DNA of 64,000 nucleotides from Rhizodiscina lignyota (Eukaryota): NCBI GenBank assembly GCA_010015805.1, contig ML978129.1, positions 434,001 to 498,000 of the forward strand, read 5' to 3'. Shown piece by piece: positions 62,522 to 64,000 of this stretch (position 1 is its first letter; each line of letters starts with the position of its first letter). The notes under the pieces were generated by a model. It saw only the letters and a program-made list of their open reading frames with translations, ran no database searches and was not told where the DNA came from. The position numbers and the translations under genes were made by a program.

Positions 62522-63832
62522 ATGGCCGATCAACCAGATCCCTCAGCACCGGGCTCCAACGCTCCAGATGTCCGAAGTGATGGGCACAAATCCGCACCTT
62601 GGCTACCGCCATGGACATACTCTCATCCCTCCTCTTCATCTACTCCAGGGCTCTATGGTTCGAGGCACCACCTGGTGCCACCCTTTGTCGAGGACCAGAA
62701 TGGCGCTCATCCAGCGAGAGAACCGCCGAACGCTGGACGCCTTAATCCTCTTGCTTCCGAATTCAATGGCCAGAGCACAGTCCCAGGGCTTTCACACTCG
62801 AACTCCCAGACCGTAAATGCACAGGCGGAATTCACGAGTACAAGCGCATCTTTTTACCCACCGCCTTCATCTCCTCCTCTGGTTGACGGCACGAATGGTT
62901 TTCATCCAGCGAGAGAGCCTACAAATATTAGACGCCTTGATTCACTCGCTGCCAGTTTCAATGGACTGAGCATTGATCAACCGACCTTTCAACACGCAAA
63001 TGCACAGGTGGAATCGACGAGCACAAGAACAACACCGAGCGACGATCTAGCTCATTCCTCGCAGCGTTCCTCTGTCGAGACCAAGCATAGAGCTCATACA
63101 ACGCGAGAATCGATCAACGCTGGACGTCGTAACCCACTTGCTGCCGAATTCAACAGCCAGGAAGGAATATTCCAAGCCGCTTTAGGCCCCCCTCTACCCC
63201 CCCTCATCTCTTTTCTGCAGAGTACTGCCGGAATTGACGACATCTCCGCAAGCCTGGAGGTTATGAGACCACTGATTGCGGTCCTCATTCTCGAGCTTGA
63301 CCCATACATACTACGCACAACCGACACTCAAGCGCGGATGGACGAACTGTATACCACATACTTGCGCGGCATGGACGTGCTGAGAGATCTGAAACGCAAA
63401 TTCATGGCGTTCGGCAATGAGCGGAATGTGATCAGCCACCAGCTATGGCTGTGGTATCATCTCAACTCGAAGGCGAAATGGATGCTGGAGAGACAGATGG
63501 TGGAACTGGCCTGGCGGGTCATGGAAATGGAAGAGTGCTTCACCGAGCTAGGGGAACAACTTGTGCTTCTGAATTGTGAGGGTCGGGAGCGCGAGGAGTG
63601 TGTTCACAGAATAGCAGCGCTGGTGAACCAGACATGCACGAAAATTGTCCTCTTGCGGGGCGTGAACCAGATGCTGGCGGAGCTTTTCAGGAACGTGCAG
63701 CCTCGCCAACACCTACGGCAAAGTGTCTCTGAGGCCTCAACCGACGATGAAGCAAGTCCGCATTGTATTGATCCCGCTTTGCTCGAATACGGTCCCGCAG
63801 ACTCCCCGCCATTTCTTCGTCTTCCCGTATAA
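62522..63832 (+). CDS. Hypothetical protein with three ~65-aa repeats carrying PAM2-like motifs and a helical/coiled-coil C-terminus
   Basis: 436 aa ATG-started ORF; RLNPLASEFNG, RLDSLAASFNG, RRNPLAAEFNS at 195 and 192 nt spacing. Confidence 0.7.
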   Translation: MADQPDPSAPGSNAPDVRSDGHKSAPWLPPWTYSHPSSSSTPGLYGSRHHLVPPFVEDQNGAHPAREPPNAGRLNPLASEFNGQSTVPGLSHSNSQTVNAQAEFTSTSASFYPPPSSPPLVDGTNGFHPAREPTNIRRLDSLAASFNGLSIDQPTFQHANAQVESTSTRTTPSDDLAHSSQRSSVETKHRAHTTRESINAGRRNPLAAEFNSQEGIFQAALGPPLPPLISFLQSTAGIDDISASLEVMRPLIAVLILELDPYILRTTDTQARMDELYTTYLRGMDVLRDLKRKFMAFGNERNVISHQLWLWYHLNSKAKWMLERQMVELAWRVMEMEECFTELGEQLVLLNCEGREREECVHRIAALVNQTCTKIVLLRGVNQMLAELFRNVQPRQHLRQSVSEASTDDEASPHCIDPALLEYGPADSPPFLRLPV

Positions 63833-64000
63833 CGATTTCATGGCATTTCCGCGCTTCCGGGCCAGGGGCTTTGGGGGCAGCAGCGGTCCGAGTCATGCTG
63901 CTTCTAATTTTGCGAGAGTATTTTACGACTCTTGTCTAACGCAGCCAACGCTTCTTAGCCCCTCCCTTTCTTGCGTCTCGTTTATCTTTTTTGGGGATGT

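Noticed and set aside
1..64000. Secondary-metabolite cluster, Starship captain or gasdermin-protease locus
   Set aside because: No PKS/NRPS/terpene synthase, tyrosine recombinase or recognisable gasdermin. The S8 protease has a signal peptide, unlike intracellular gasdermin-activating proteases.

Overview
Intron-containing genomic DNA from a filamentous ascomycete (Pezizomycotina; the class cannot be fixed from sequence alone). Introns are short GT-AG type with CTRAC-like branch points, and about 22 protein-coding loci are present. The right part (43-62 kb) is mostly conserved housekeeping genes: UBP2, complex I 21.3 kDa subunit, tubulin cofactor C, HPC2, RBA50 and BSD2, plus a TcuA-like flavoprotein. 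The left and middle parts are accessory or metabolic. They hold an NAD(P)-dependent reductase, a methyltransferase pseudogene, DUF1445, a large secreted subtilisin with one in-frame TAA, a secreted GH1, a phosphomannose isomerase, a divergent TauD/MFS pair with CYS-3/MetR-type sites and a sugar porter. The most unusual segment is 18.7-31.3 kb. It contains a homeobox-like/C2H2 protein fused in one reading frame to a CorA-like two-helix membrane module, then a head-to-head pair of HET-domain genes (one apparently membrane-anchored), then a head-to-head pair of related Zn2Cys6 factors (one full-length, one short). An orphan ORF at the right end carries three PAM2-like repeats. All calls come from manual reading of motifs and splice sites; no searches were run. 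No rRNA, tRNA, CRISPR array or intact transposon was recognised.
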